64,000 bases of DNA from Minisyncoccota bacterium (lineage in GTDB: Bacteria; Patescibacteriota; Minisyncoccia; Phycocordibacterales; UBA5272), in assembly GCA_046350775.1 (NCBI GenBank), contig JAXLZS010000001.1:22353-86352 (forward strand), given 5' to 3'. The position numbers and the translations under genes are program-made. The notes beneath the pieces are model-generated. The model was not told the DNA's origin and searched no databases. It worked only from the letters and a program-made list of their open reading frames with translations. Shown here piece after piece: positions 1 to 9,694 of this stretch; position 1 is the first letter of the stretch, and each line of letters begins with the position of its first letter.

Positions 1-724
1 TTGCGGCCTCGATAGCTCTATTTTCGCCACTACCAGTACCAATACCAATAAGAGCTGTACCAGAATCTTTGAGCACTCTCTTGATATCTGCAAAGTCGAG
101 ATTGATAGTGCCGGCAGTTTTAATAATATCAGCAATACCGTCGACTGCTTGCTTTAATACTTCATCTACCATCTTGAAAGCATCTTTGACTGACATGTTT
201 TTATCAATCACAGAGAGAAGGCGATCATTTGGTACTACAATAAGAGCGTCCACTTCTTTTTCTAGTTCTAGTATTCCACCTTCTGCGATAGTTGTCCTTT
301 TTTGTCCTTCAAAAAAGAAAGGCTTAGTCACGATAGCCACAGTCAAGATACCTTCTTCTTTGGCAGCTTTTGCGATCACTGGAGCTGCACCTGTCGCTGT
401 TCCTCCTCCCATACCACAAGCGATGAAAATAATATCAGCACCTTTTACTACGTCTTGGATCTCTTCTTTTGTTTCTTCCGCACTTCTTCTACCAATATCT
501 GGATCCATACCAGCACCAAGACCTTTGGTCAAATTTTTTCCTAGATGGATTTTTTTACTTGCGAGACAATTATGTAAATCTTGAGTATCGGTATTCATCG
601 CTATAAAGTCTATACCTTTCAAATTTGAGCTGATCATGTGATTGATAGCCCCTTTACCAGATCCGCCAACTCCGATGACTTTTATTCTAGCAAAACTTTG
701 AATTTCAGGTAATGATTTTGACAT
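1..724 (-). CDS. ftsZ: Cell division GTPase FtsZ (partial; C-terminus beyond window start)
   Basis: Hand translation of the minus strand from ATG at 724 gives MSKSLPEIQSFARIKVIGVGGSGKGAINHMIS...GMGGGTATGAAPVIAKAAKE, with the tubulin/FtsZ G-box motifs. The + strand ORFs 69..584 and 302..544 are antisense artefacts. Confidence 0.9.
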   Translation of the reverse strand, partial: MSKSLPEIQSFARIKVIGVGGSGKGAINHMISSNLKGIDFIAMNTDTQDLHNCLASKKIHLGKNLTKGLGAGMDPDIGRRSAEETKEEIQDVVKGADIIFIACGMGGGTATGAAPVIAKAAKEEGILTVAIVTKPFFFEGQKRTTIAEGGILELEKEVDALIVVPNDRLLSVIDKNMSVKDAFKMVDEVLKQAVDGIADIIKTAGTINLDFADIKRVLKDSGTALIGIGTGSGENRAIEAA

Positions 725-841
725 AATTTTCTTATATTTATTTATAATTTCTGAGTTTCTGTTAGTGAAAAAAGTATAACATTCGATAAAAAAAAATGCA
801 AAGCATTGCATAGTTTTTTCTTTTATGTCCTAATTTTTATT

Positions 842-2014
842 TTAAGGTAATAATTTCTTTAATAAATCTGATATACCTTTTCCAATATTTCTAAATATTT
901 TACTGATACTGTAGTCTGGCAAAACTGATGGAGCTAAAAATGTTATGCCAAAGACCCTCGCATAGCTAGAATCTTTTAATTGTCCTTCAGAAAATTCACT
1001 TATTTCATAGTCGGCAAACTTTATCGGAAGTTTCATGTATTGCTTGAATATATAATCTATCTTAGCTAGTTTGCTACCATTGCCAGTCAGAACTATGCCA
1101 CCTGGTAATAGTTCACGTCTACTTATCTTATCAAGTTCTAGATTTATTTTTTCACAGATAAACTCTATTCTCGCTTCTATTATTTCTTCCAATTTTCTTT
1201 TTGAGAAAGGAATATCACTTTGTCCTAATTTTATTTTCTCTGCATCATCCAATGATACTTGAAGACCTAACGCTATATCGTTGGTGATATCATTGCTACC
1301 AATACCAAGTATTGATACTAGGATAGGATTATCATTTTCATAGACCAAAATACTTGTAGTCGAGTGACCGATATTGATGAGAGCTGTGCCGGCAATCCTT
1401 TGTTTTTTATTTAAAAGGGGGATCAATTCTGCAAATGGTCCAACCACAGTATCTTCTATCGGCAGATTAATATTATTAAAAATATTTTCTATTTTTTCTA
1501 CGTAAAGATTTGGAGCAAAGACGAATAGAAATTTACCCTCTATTCTTTTTCCAAACATACCAATAGGCAATCCTTGTACTTCTTGATGATCTATTTTGTA
1601 TCTGATAGGTATACTATGGATTACTTTTTTATTTTTAATATTTGCAACAGATATTTGAGCTTCTTTGTCTAGACGCTCTAGGTCTAGTCTGGTAATCTCA
1701 TTACTGATGTTTGATCCTACAATAGAAGTGTTATTACTAGCGCTACTTATACCAGATGCGTTTAATGAAAGCATGATATGTGGTCTCTTTTTTGAAATAT
1801 CAATCCTGAGAGATTTTATGGCTTTGGAGATAGTTTTAGCCAATTCTTTTTCGTCTGTTATATTTCCTTTATACATACCTTCGGTAGATATATCAACCAC
1901 AGACACAATCTCAGGTGTAAGACTCTTGTCAGAGAAATGATTTACGGCACAGACTTTTGTCGTGCTGCTACCAATATCGATACCGATGATCAGATGAGAC
2001 TTTTCTTTATTCAT
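842..2014 (-). CDS. ftsA: Cell division protein FtsA
   Basis: Actin-like ATPase N-terminus IGIDIGSSTTKVCAV; 390 aa; immediately upstream of ftsZ on the same strand (classic ftsA-ftsZ). Confidence 0.9.
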   Translation of the reverse strand: MNKEKSHLIIGIDIGSSTTKVCAVNHFSDKSLTPEIVSVVDISTEGMYKGNITDEKELAKTISKAIKSLRIDISKKRPHIMLSLNASGISSASNNTSIVGSNISNEITRLDLERLDKEAQISVANIKNKKVIHSIPIRYKIDHQEVQGLPIGMFGKRIEGKFLFVFAPNLYVEKIENIFNNINLPIEDTVVGPFAELIPLLNKKQRIAGTALINIGHSTTSILVYENDNPILVSILGIGSNDITNDIALGLQVSLDDAEKIKLGQSDIPFSKRKLEEIIEARIEFICEKINLELDKISRRELLPGGIVLTGNGSKLAKIDYIFKQYMKLPIKFADYEISEFSEGQLKDSSYARVFGITFLAPSVLPDYSISKIFRNIGKGISDLLKKLLP

Positions 2015-2018
2015 CTCT

Positions 2019-2447
2019 TTATTTTAACACAAATTTTTTAGAATATTTATCTTCTAGCTTTTCCATTTTTTCTCCATGGTCCAGTCCTTTTAAGTGTAAG
2101 CATCCATGAACTACAAGTAAAGTTAAAAATTGTTTATATGATAAAGAAAAATTTTTTGCTTCTTTTTTGACTATAGAAAGACAGATAAATATTTCTCCTT
2201 CATTTTTAGAAAGAGGAAAAGATAAAATATTTGGTATGTAGTCTTTGCTTCTATATTTAATATTTAAATTTTGAGCTATTTTCGGAGAAACAAAATTTAC
2301 AGACAAAGAATATTTTTCTTTTAAAATTTCATTTTTAATGTCTTTGATATGCAAAAAAAGAGCCCTTTCAATAAGACCTCCTTTTTTAGTGACTGTTAAA
2401 TTTTCTTTTTCTAAAAACATTTTTCTATCTTTTAGTCTTTTTAACAA
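2019..2447 (-). CDS. ybeY: rRNA maturation endoribonuclease YbeY
   Basis: C-terminal HGCLHLKGLDH metal-binding motif (H..H.....H). Start probably the internal Met near 2417, which avoids overlap with the upstream gene. Confidence 0.8.
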   Translation of the reverse strand: MLKRLKDRKMFLEKENLTVTKKGGLIERALFLHIKDIKNEILKEKYSLSVNFVSPKIAQNLNIKYRSKDYIPNILSFPLSKNEGEIFICLSIVKKEAKNFSLSYKQFLTLLVVHGCLHLKGLDHGEKMEKLEDKYSKKFVLK

Positions 2448-2667
2448 GCTTTCCTAGTCTTTTTAACTCTTCGTATTTAGCTCCACTCTTTAACTTTTTT
2501 AATTTTCCTTTTTTGATTTTTGATTTAGATTCTTCGCGTACATTATATCTTTTTCCTCGCACCTTTGGAAGAATACCACTCTCATGAACTTTCTTTTGGA
2601 ATTTGTGAAGAAGAAAAACAGGACTATCTTTCTCTTTTTTGTTTACTTTTATATTTGTATTTGCCAT
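2425..2667 (-). CDS. rpsU: 30S ribosomal protein S21
   Basis: 80-aa basic protein; the pattern IKV....E......L.KF.KKV.ESGIL.KVRGKRYN....SK matches S21. Confidence 0.7.
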   Translation of the reverse strand: MANTNIKVNKKEKDSPVFLLHKFQKKVHESGILPKVRGKRYNVREESKSKIKKGKLKKLKSGAKYEELKRLGKLVKKTKR

Positions 2668-2703
2668 ATGAATTAATGTGAATATATTAACATAAAAAGT
2701 CTT

Positions 2704-4038
2704 TTATTTCAACTTTTTAAGATATTCAGACAGTTTTTCTATTTTTATAATATCTTGCGAATGGGTCTTCATGTCACGTACTATGACTGTACCATCCATA
2801 GCTTCTTTTTGTCCAAATATAATGCAATATGGGGTTCCAATTTTACTGACATTGGCCAATTGAGCTGAAAGAGATTCTTTTGACAATGATTGGTATACCG
2901 AGATCTTATCCTCTCTTAAAATTTCCATAATCTTTAAAGATTTTAATTTTGCTTCAAGGCCGAGTTGTAAGAAATAAACTTTTGGTTTTTTTAAGATTTT
3001 TGGATTTAAATTTTTACATTCTTCAAACATTATTGCCCTATCTATACCTAGACCAGTACCTACTGCTGGTATTTCTTTTTTACTTCCCAATTCTTTTGCT
3101 AGATTGTTATATCTACCACCTCCGCAAATTGTCATTTCTTTTTCTTTTACAACATTTCCATCCTTATCAATTTCTTTATCTATTTTAATGACCTCAAATA
3201 CAGTGTTTGTATAGTAGTCTAGACCTCTCACAAGAGCATTGTTGATTCTGTATTCTATACCAGCCTCTTCGAGATATTGAAGGACTTCTTTAAAGTGTTG
3301 TTTAGATTCATTGCCTAGGAAATTTAGTGAAGCTGGGGCAAGCTCTTTATATTTTTGACATTCTTCATTTTTACAATCAAGCAAGCGAAGGGGATTATTA
3401 GTAAATCTGACTTGGCAGTCTTTACACATTTTTGATATATGTTTTTTATAATATGAAGTTAATTCTTTTACAAAAACATTTCTATCATTTCTATCTCCCA
3501 TACTGTTAATATCTATAATAAGATTTTCAAAACCAAATTCTTTTAATATAGTCATGATAGTCTGTATTACAAGAGCATCAGCGATAGATTTTTCAGTACC
3601 TAATATTTCTAATCCAAATTGTCTATGCTCTCTTAGTCTTCCTCTTTGAGGGTTTTCATGTCTATAAAGAGGTCCATAATAATAAAACATTAATGGTTGA
3701 GGCATATTGGTCATCCCATTTTCTATATAACTTCTCATTATGGCTGCTGTATATTCTGGTCTCATAGTAACTCTCTCTCCACCTTTTGTTTTAAAGTTAT
3801 ACATTTCCTTTTCTACAATATCTGTTCCTTCACCAACTCCTCTAATCCAAACCTCTTCCTTTTCTAGAATTGGAGTTTCGATTGGTTTGAATCCATAGTA
3901 GACAGCTATCTCTTGAGCTTTTTCAAATAATCCTTGATAGCGATAATATTTCTCATCATAAAGATCAAACATACCTTTCAAAGACTGGATAGGCTCTTTA
4001 TTCTTTAAATTTTTTATTGTGTTATCTTTTTTTGCCAT
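2704..4038 (-). CDS. hisS: Histidyl-tRNA synthetase
   Basis: Class II aaRS motifs (FDLYDE, MFYYYGPLYRHENPQRGRLREHRQFGLEILG, GGGRYNNL) plus a C-terminal anticodon-binding domain. Confidence 0.9.
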   Translation of the reverse strand: MAKKDNTIKNLKNKEPIQSLKGMFDLYDEKYYRYQGLFEKAQEIAVYYGFKPIETPILEKEEVWIRGVGEGTDIVEKEMYNFKTKGGERVTMRPEYTAAIMRSYIENGMTNMPQPLMFYYYGPLYRHENPQRGRLREHRQFGLEILGTEKSIADALVIQTIMTILKEFGFENLIIDINSMGDRNDRNVFVKELTSYYKKHISKMCKDCQVRFTNNPLRLLDCKNEECQKYKELAPASLNFLGNESKQHFKEVLQYLEEAGIEYRINNALVRGLDYYTNTVFEVIKIDKEIDKDGNVVKEKEMTICGGGRYNNLAKELGSKKEIPAVGTGLGIDRAIMFEECKNLNPKILKKPKVYFLQLGLEAKLKSLKIMEILREDKISVYQSLSKESLSAQLANVSKIGTPYCIIFGQKEAMDGTVIVRDMKTHSQDIIKIEKLSEYLKKLK

Positions 4039-4055
4039 AATATTTGAATGTCTGA

Positions 4056-4790
4056 TTAATTAATTTTAGTAAAATTTATGTCTACTTTTCCAGGGTTGCT
4101 ACCTATCTTGCTAAATGGATAAAGTCTGAATACTGCTTTTCCTGCTATGTCTTTTTTATAAATTACACCCCAGCTTCTTGAATCATAACTCTCCGCTCTA
4201 TTGTCTCCAAAAGCTAGATATTCATCTTCTCCTAGAGTTATGTCTATATTTTTTATGAAATCAGGATATTTTATAAATTTCTCATCGAGTACTTCTCCGT
4301 TTGGGTTTTCTTTATTATAAATTGTAGTGATACCACTCTCTACTATTACTCGGTCATGAGGTAGTCCTATTAATCTTTTTATAAAAAATTCACCATTATA
4401 TTGATCATTTTTTACATGTCTAAATATTATCACGTCACCACGCTCCAAAAGATCTATATCAAAACTCAATTTATCTATAAGTAGAAGCTCTCCAGATTTT
4501 AATGTTGGCAGCATTGATCCTCCGTCCACTAAAAATGGCTGGATAACAAAAGCTTGAATACTCTTGATTACCACCAAAATACCAACTATTAATAGTAATA
4601 ACTTTCCAGGAGATTCGTCTTTTTCTAAAATTTTCCAAGAAACTAAATTTTTTCTGACACTCTTAAAAAAGATAGCAAAAAATAATGAGACTATGAAAAA
4701 TAGTATGATGATTGATAGTAATAGACCATAAGGATTACCAATCGAGTCTTTGAGAAAATTATTTACAATATCAGCAAAACTATTTGTCAT
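4056..4790 (-). CDS. lepB: Signal peptidase I
   Basis: N-terminal TM segment, catalytic Ser box GGSMLPTL, Lys box and GDNRAESYDSR box. Confidence 0.85.
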   Translation of the reverse strand: MTNSFADIVNNFLKDSIGNPYGLLLSIIILFFIVSLFFAIFFKSVRKNLVSWKILEKDESPGKLLLLIVGILVVIKSIQAFVIQPFLVDGGSMLPTLKSGELLLIDKLSFDIDLLERGDVIIFRHVKNDQYNGEFFIKRLIGLPHDRVIVESGITTIYNKENPNGEVLDEKFIKYPDFIKNIDITLGEDEYLAFGDNRAESYDSRSWGVIYKKDIAGKAVFRLYPFSKIGSNPGKVDINFTKIN

Positions 4791-4880
4791 ATTTATTGTC
4801 GAAATTATAGCATAGCTGAAAGCTTTTCAGCAAATTTTTTATTAAAATTTATACCGTGTTATAATTTATTCAAAGATTTT

Positions 4881-5411
4881 ATGAAATTCTTACTCTTTCC
4901 ACTTGGAAATCATGGCCAAAAATACGAAAATAGCAGACATAATGCTGGACGATATGTCTTGCGAGAGCTCGAGAAAAATAATCTACTAGAAGAATTTAAA
5001 AATCTGGAGATATTTATTCCGCATTGCTATATGAATGAGTCTGGAGAATATCTCAAAGATTTTTTAAAAAATAAAAACTTACAAAAAGAAAATATTATAG
5101 TCATGTATGATGATAAAGATCTGGAAATAGGTGAGGTGAGATTGGCTAGAGATAGAGGAGATGGTGGACACAACGGATTAAAAAATATAATAGAAAATCT
5201 ATGCACGAAAGATTTTTACAGAATAAGAATAGGTATAGCCCCAGAAGGGACCGGCAAAAATGATCTTGTGCCACCACATGGAGATATAGTCAGAGAATAT
5301 GTCTTGCAAAATATGAGCGAAGAGGAAAAGAAAATATTGTCTTCTAAAGAAATCTTAGAAAAAGTCTCAAATTTTATTTTTAAGATAATTAGAGATAGTG
5401 AAAATCAATAA
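4881..5411 (+). CDS. pth: Peptidyl-tRNA hydrolase
   Basis: PLGNHGQKYENSRHNAG, matching the Pth signature GLGNPG..Y..TRHN.G. Confidence 0.85.
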   Translation: MKFLLFPLGNHGQKYENSRHNAGRYVLRELEKNNLLEEFKNLEIFIPHCYMNESGEYLKDFLKNKNLQKENIIVMYDDKDLEIGEVRLARDRGDGGHNGLKNIIENLCTKDFYRIRIGIAPEGTGKNDLVPPHGDIVREYVLQNMSEEEKKILSSKEILEKVSNFIFKIIRDSENQ

Positions 5412-5458
5412 AAATAAAAAGCCACAAAATTTCGTGGCTTTTTAAGAAAGTTAATCTG

Positions 5459-5950
5459 TTAAATTTTTTTAACATAAAATTTTGAAATCGAACTATTTAT
5501 ACCAGCAAAATCTCCTCCGCTTCCTTTTATGCTGTAGATTCCTCCTACAAGTAAGTTTTTCTCATCAGTATTGTAATCCAAGTCATAAATATTTATGAAA
5601 ATCTCGTCTAACTTTACTTCCTGCTTTATTTCCTGAGAGAGAGATGTAAAATTTTCATCTTTTATTATTGTAAAGTGAAAGATTTTCTGATTCATATTTG
5701 TGTTAATTCCTGTCAACACATCTGCCAGTCTCCAATAATTCTTTTGTAGTAAATTCAATTTACTGGCGACGTTCGAATGTATGGAAGATTTACTGTTGGT
5801 AGCATTTTTTATTCCCAATAAATAACTTTCTTCTTTTGCTAATTCTTTTTCCTTCTTTCCTTTTTTTGCATTATAATTTAAGCACAAGGCGAGTATTGTT
5901 ACAACAATAAACAATAATACGATGATAATGTACAATGATGTTGTATTCAT
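5459..5950 (-). CDS. Hypothetical membrane-anchored protein
   Basis: N-terminal TM helix (LYIIIVLLFIVVTILALCL) followed by a soluble domain; no recognisable family. Confidence 0.5.
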   Translation of the reverse strand: MNTTSLYIIIVLLFIVVTILALCLNYNAKKGKKEKELAKEESYLLGIKNATNSKSSIHSNVASKLNLLQKNYWRLADVLTGINTNMNQKIFHFTIIKDENFTSLSQEIKQEVKLDEIFINIYDLDYNTDEKNLLVGGIYSIKGSGGDFAGINSSISKFYVKKI

Positions 5951-6030
5951 TTTAATAAGTTTTAGTTTAAAAAATAAAATTCTTTTATTAGCCTATTATA
6001 AATAATGAAATTTGTCAAATATAAATAATA

Positions 6031-6057
6031 AAAACCATGAAATGATTCATGGTTTTT
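6031..6057. terminator. Bidirectional intrinsic terminator hairpin between convergent genes
   Basis: aaaaccatgaaatgattcatggttttt: perfect 9-bp stem flanked by A-run and T-run; lies between the 5459..5950(-) gene and the S1-like(-) gene. Confidence 0.5.
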
Positions 6058-6082
6058 ATTATTTATTATTTTTAATTATTAA

Positions 6083-7234
6083 TTACTTTTTGATAGTCAA
6101 AGTCATTTTTTCTTCAGCTCCATCAAATAGATTGATCTCAAATTTATATACTTTACCAAGTGAAAGCTCTTGCTTCATCTTTTCTTCATTTTCAAAATCA
6201 GAAATATGTACAAGTCCTGCTACACCTTCTTCAATAGATACTAGAGCGCCATGTTTGTTGAATCTGATGACTACACCATCCACAGTATCTCCTTTTTTGT
6301 ATTTCTTACTTGCGGAAATCCAAGGATTTTCTTTCAATTTTTTCATTGAAAGTGAAATCTTGTCATCTTTGATTTCGATTACTTCTACTTTTACTTTATC
6401 TCCAACCTTAGCATAGTCTTTTGTATTTTCTACAAGACCCCAATCGATCTCAGATTTATGAATAAGACCTTCAACCTCGTCATCAATCTTCACGAAGATA
6501 CCAAAGTCTACGACTCCAGTCACTACACCTTCGAGAACATCGCCAATATTGTATTTAGAGATAATCTTTGTGATGGTCTTTGTATCTTTCTTTTCTTTTT
6601 TAGTATCTTTTTTATCTTCTTTGTTTGTAGAAGAAATTTCTCCAGATACTGGATCAGTAGATTCACTGAAAATAAGCTTTCCTTCTTTTGGAATTGCTGC
6701 AATGATAGTCACAGATATTCTCTTTCCAAGTAGCTTTTTGAGTTCTGAAAGAATCTGATCTTTACTACCATCAGTCACTTTAGGATAATTTTCACCTTTT
6801 AATTGGGATGAAGGAAGGAATCCATTGATACCATTCCAATCCATAATAAGGCCTCCTTTATTTGCCTCTTTGACCACGAGAGAGAGAACTCTTCTTTCTT
6901 TTAGTGCTGATTCAGCCTCACTCCAGACGAGAGCGTGTTTTGCTTCACGAAGAGAAAGGTCTATATATCCGTCTTTATTTTCTCTTAAGATAATTTTTGC
7001 TGAGATAGCATCTCCAATATTTGTCTTTTTGATAAGATCGCGAGCGTTGATATATTCGACACCATAGATGATGCCTGTACCAACTGGTCCGAGATCAACA
7101 TAGACTGCAGTAGGAGTGATAGCTACAACTGTACCTTCAACTATATCATCTTCCTTGATAGGGGTGATAGTATTTAGGATCATTTGTGTATACTCATCCA
7201 CGACTACATTGTTTGTAGGGTTTGTATTTGTCAT
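6083..7234 (-). CDS. rpsA: Ribosomal protein S1-like protein (multiple S1 RNA-binding domains, short form)
   Basis: Repeated S1 OB-fold modules (G.V.G.V..I..FGIFV.I...VEGLIHKSEI) and a lysine-rich linker; 383 aa. Confidence 0.75.
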   Translation of the reverse strand: MTNTNPTNNVVVDEYTQMILNTITPIKEDDIVEGTVVAITPTAVYVDLGPVGTGIIYGVEYINARDLIKKTNIGDAISAKIILRENKDGYIDLSLREAKHALVWSEAESALKERRVLSLVVKEANKGGLIMDWNGINGFLPSSQLKGENYPKVTDGSKDQILSELKKLLGKRISVTIIAAIPKEGKLIFSESTDPVSGEISSTNKEDKKDTKKEKKDTKTITKIISKYNIGDVLEGVVTGVVDFGIFVKIDDEVEGLIHKSEIDWGLVENTKDYAKVGDKVKVEVIEIKDDKISLSMKKLKENPWISASKKYKKGDTVDGVVIRFNKHGALVSIEEGVAGLVHISDFENEEKMKQELSLGKVYKFEINLFDGAEEKMTLTIKK

Positions 7235-7354
7235 ATTTTTGTTTAATTCCTATCTGTGTCAAAAATATAAATAGATATCTAAATATTCATTATGTATTTT
7301 TGGTCTAATCAGATAGACAAGTACTATAACATAAAAAGGGGATTTTGCAAAATA

Positions 7355-8074
7355 AAAATCCCGCATTAAATGCGGGATTGCTTTTGAACTATTGACTTAT
7401 CTTACTCAGACTTACCCATAGATAAGGGCTTGCAATTTTGGGTTGCAGTGATGAGTAATAAGAGAAAATAATTGTATACTAAATAAACAAAAAAGTAAAA
7501 ATCTCCTTTTCTTGAATTCTCTTCGTAGAAAGCAGAGGTGAAGGAGATAAAACCTTATCATCATTTTTATTATATTATTTTAAAATAAGTCAAGTATTAA
7601 TAAATCAGTACATGATTTATAAATTATAAAAATAAACCCCCAAAAAAAGGGGTTCGGTTCTGAAAGTATTTTTTCTGTTACGATTCTCCGAAGTTTTTTG
7701 GATGGGGAAGAAAGAAAGAATCGCCAGCTTTGATATTTGTACTTAATTTTACCAGCCCAACTTACAAATTAATTTGTCTTGAGTTTCGCGAGACTCAAAT
7801 GGATTGGGTTCCGAGTTTTTTCTTTTTTTAAATGTCAGTTTGACTGAGAGGATGCCTTTTAGTGAATTTTACCCTAAAAGACATCCTTCAGCGGCCGGCA
7901 GATTACAGATTATAATATACAAAACTTTTTTGGTCTTTTTTAAGACCGGGAGCGCAATCGCTTGCGCGGAGAATTTTTTTCATTTTCTCTTGTTTTTTGT
8001 TTAAACAACAACATTGTTGAAAGGTCAACTCTCAACTACTTTTATATCTTAGCACAATACAATTTATTTGTCAA
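7355..8074 (-). ncRNA. Candidate non-coding RNA locus (one or two minus-strand transcription units; identity unresolved)
   Basis: About 900 bp lies between the S1-like gene and recA with no credible ORF. Minus-strand sigma70-like promoter: TTGACA (8069-8074 rc), 17-nt spacer, TAAGAT (8046-8051 rc). Minus-strand intrinsic terminators at 7634-7654 (cccccaaaaaaaggggtt) and 7355-7379 (aaaatcccgcattaaatgcgggatt). Many internal hairpins. Confidence 0.3.
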
Positions 8075-8115
8075 GTATTTTGTGCTAAAAATAGGGGATT
8101 TATAGATATATAACT

Positions 8116-8145
8116 AAAAATACCCTTATAAATCAAGGGTATTTT
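8116..8145 (-). terminator. Intrinsic terminator downstream of recA
   Basis: aaaaatacccttataaatcaagggtatttt: 9-bp stem plus T-run on the minus strand immediately after the recA stop. Confidence 0.6.
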
Positions 8146-8172
8146 AAGGATTATTTAGAGATAAATTATTTT

Positions 8173-9267
8173 TTATTCTTCTGGATTTTCATCGTCCTTT
8201 GACTCATCGTGTGACGGTGCAAAATCAAGACCGCCACTTTCAAGATTTTTTCTGATTTCTTTTTCGATTTCTTTTGAAATTTTTGGATTTTCTTTTAAGA
8301 AAGTACGCGATGCGTCATATCCACGACCAAGTTTCACTTCACCATAATTATAGCTGGTACCAGACTTTTCTATTATCTTAAATTTTTCTCCGAGTGCGAG
8401 TAGCTCTCCAGCATGACTGATACCTTCACCATACATGATATCGAATTCAGTAGACTTGAATGGTGCAGCGACTTTATTTTTGACAACTTTTACCTTGGTG
8501 CGAGCTCCTAGCACATCGTCTCCTTTTTTAATTTGAGCAGTCTTTCTAATATCAAGTCTGACAGATGAATAAAATTTCAAAGCTTTTCCTCCTGGTGTAG
8601 TCTCAGGATTGCCAAACATGACACCAATTTGCATTCTGATCTGATTAATGAAAATTATTACAGTCTTTGATTTGTGAGCGATAGCTGTGAGCTTTCGGAG
8701 AGCTTGTGACATGAGGCGAGCTTGTCTTCCGACATGAGCTTGAGACATGTCTCCTTCTATTTCTGCTTGAGGAGTCAGTGCCGCCACAGAGTCGATGACT
8801 AGCACATCTATTTTTCCAGAGCGGACAAGGGTCTCAGCGATGTCGAGGGCTTGCTCGCCATTGTCTGGTTGAGATATGAGAAGCTCATTAATTTTGATAC
8901 CAAGCTTTTTTGCATATTCTGGATCCATGGCGTGCTCAGCATCAATAAAGGCACAAGTGCCTCCCATCTTTTGAGCTTCAGCGATGACATGAAGAGTCAA
9001 AGTTGTCTTTCCGGAAGACTCTGGACCAAAGATTTCGATGATTCTTCCTCTTGGTAGTCCGCCAACTCCGAGTGCGAAGTCTAGACCGATTGATCCTGTA
9101 GATACAGCACCAATGTCTACTTTTGGAGTTTCTCCCAATTTCATGATAGCTCCTTCGCCAAATTTATTTTGTATTTCTTTTAATAGCTCGTCAGAATTTA
9201 CTTTCTTTCCTTCCTCTTTTACTCCTACTACTTTTTTTGCTTTCACTACTTTCTTTTTTAGTGCCAT
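8173..9267 (-). CDS. recA: Recombinase RecA
   Basis: Walker [14 protein letters not shown] and the RecA signature [13 protein letters not shown]; lysine-rich N-terminal extension. Confidence 0.95.
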   Translation of the reverse strand: MALKKKVVKAKKVVGVKEEGKKVNSDELLKEIQNKFGEGAIMKLGETPKVDIGAVSTGSIGLDFALGVGGLPRGRIIEIFGPESSGKTTLTLHVIAEAQKMGGTCAFIDAEHAMDPEYAKKLGIKINELLISQPDNGEQALDIAETLVRSGKIDVLVIDSVAALTPQAEIEGDMSQAHVGRQARLMSQALRKLTAIAHKSKTVIIFINQIRMQIGVMFGNPETTPGGKALKFYSSVRLDIRKTAQIKKGDDVLGARTKVKVVKNKVAAPFKSTEFDIMYGEGISHAGELLALGEKFKIIEKSGTSYNYGEVKLGRGYDASRTFLKENPKISKEIEKEIRKNLESGGLDFAPSHDESKDDENPEE

Positions 9268-9320
9268 ATTTTTAAATAATTTTATTAATTTTTTTAATTT
9301 CTAAATTATAGCATAGGAAA

Positions 9321-9674
9321 TTACTCCTTTCCCACTTCCATAATCTGCTCTTTTGTTTTGCCGTATTTGTCTACAGCCTCTATAACTATCAAAGTGTAGG
9401 GTGATTTAGCTACTATTTCTTCTTTAAAATTTCCTTTTTCGTCGATAGTTATATCTTTTCCATTAATAGATATATTTTTTACATTTTTGACATTTCCGTC
9501 TACATAAAATGTCTCAGCTTGCACGATTTCACCCTTGGTAGGTGAATATATTTTTATTATAGGTCCGTATAAATAATTAAAAATCCTGGATATAAAATAA
9601 ATTAAAATGATAGAGGCTATAGCTATAAATATCCAAGTTTTTGACTTTTCTAAAAACGATTCTTTGACTGACAT
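9321..9674 (-). CDS. Hypothetical small membrane-anchored protein
   Basis: Single N-terminal TM helix, then a roughly 80-aa beta-rich domain; no family recognised. Confidence 0.45.
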   Translation of the reverse strand: MSVKESFLEKSKTWIFIAIASIILIYFISRIFNYLYGPIIKIYSPTKGEIVQAETFYVDGNVKNVKNISINGKDITIDEKGNFKEEIVAKSPYTLIVIEAVDKYGKTKEQIMEVGKE

Positions 9675-9694
9675 GTTTATTTTTTTGTCCAGAT

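Noticed and set aside
69-584. Plus-strand ORFs 69..584 and 302..544
   Set aside because: They lie antisense to a clearly recognisable ftsZ reading frame on the minus strand; composition-driven artefacts.
7590-7770. Possible small ORF (about 58 aa, MMIRFYLLHL...) on the minus strand of the S1-recA intergenic region
   Set aside because: No ribosome-binding site, hydrophobic low-complexity sequence, and it lies between a promoter-like element and an intrinsic terminator; an ncRNA is more likely.
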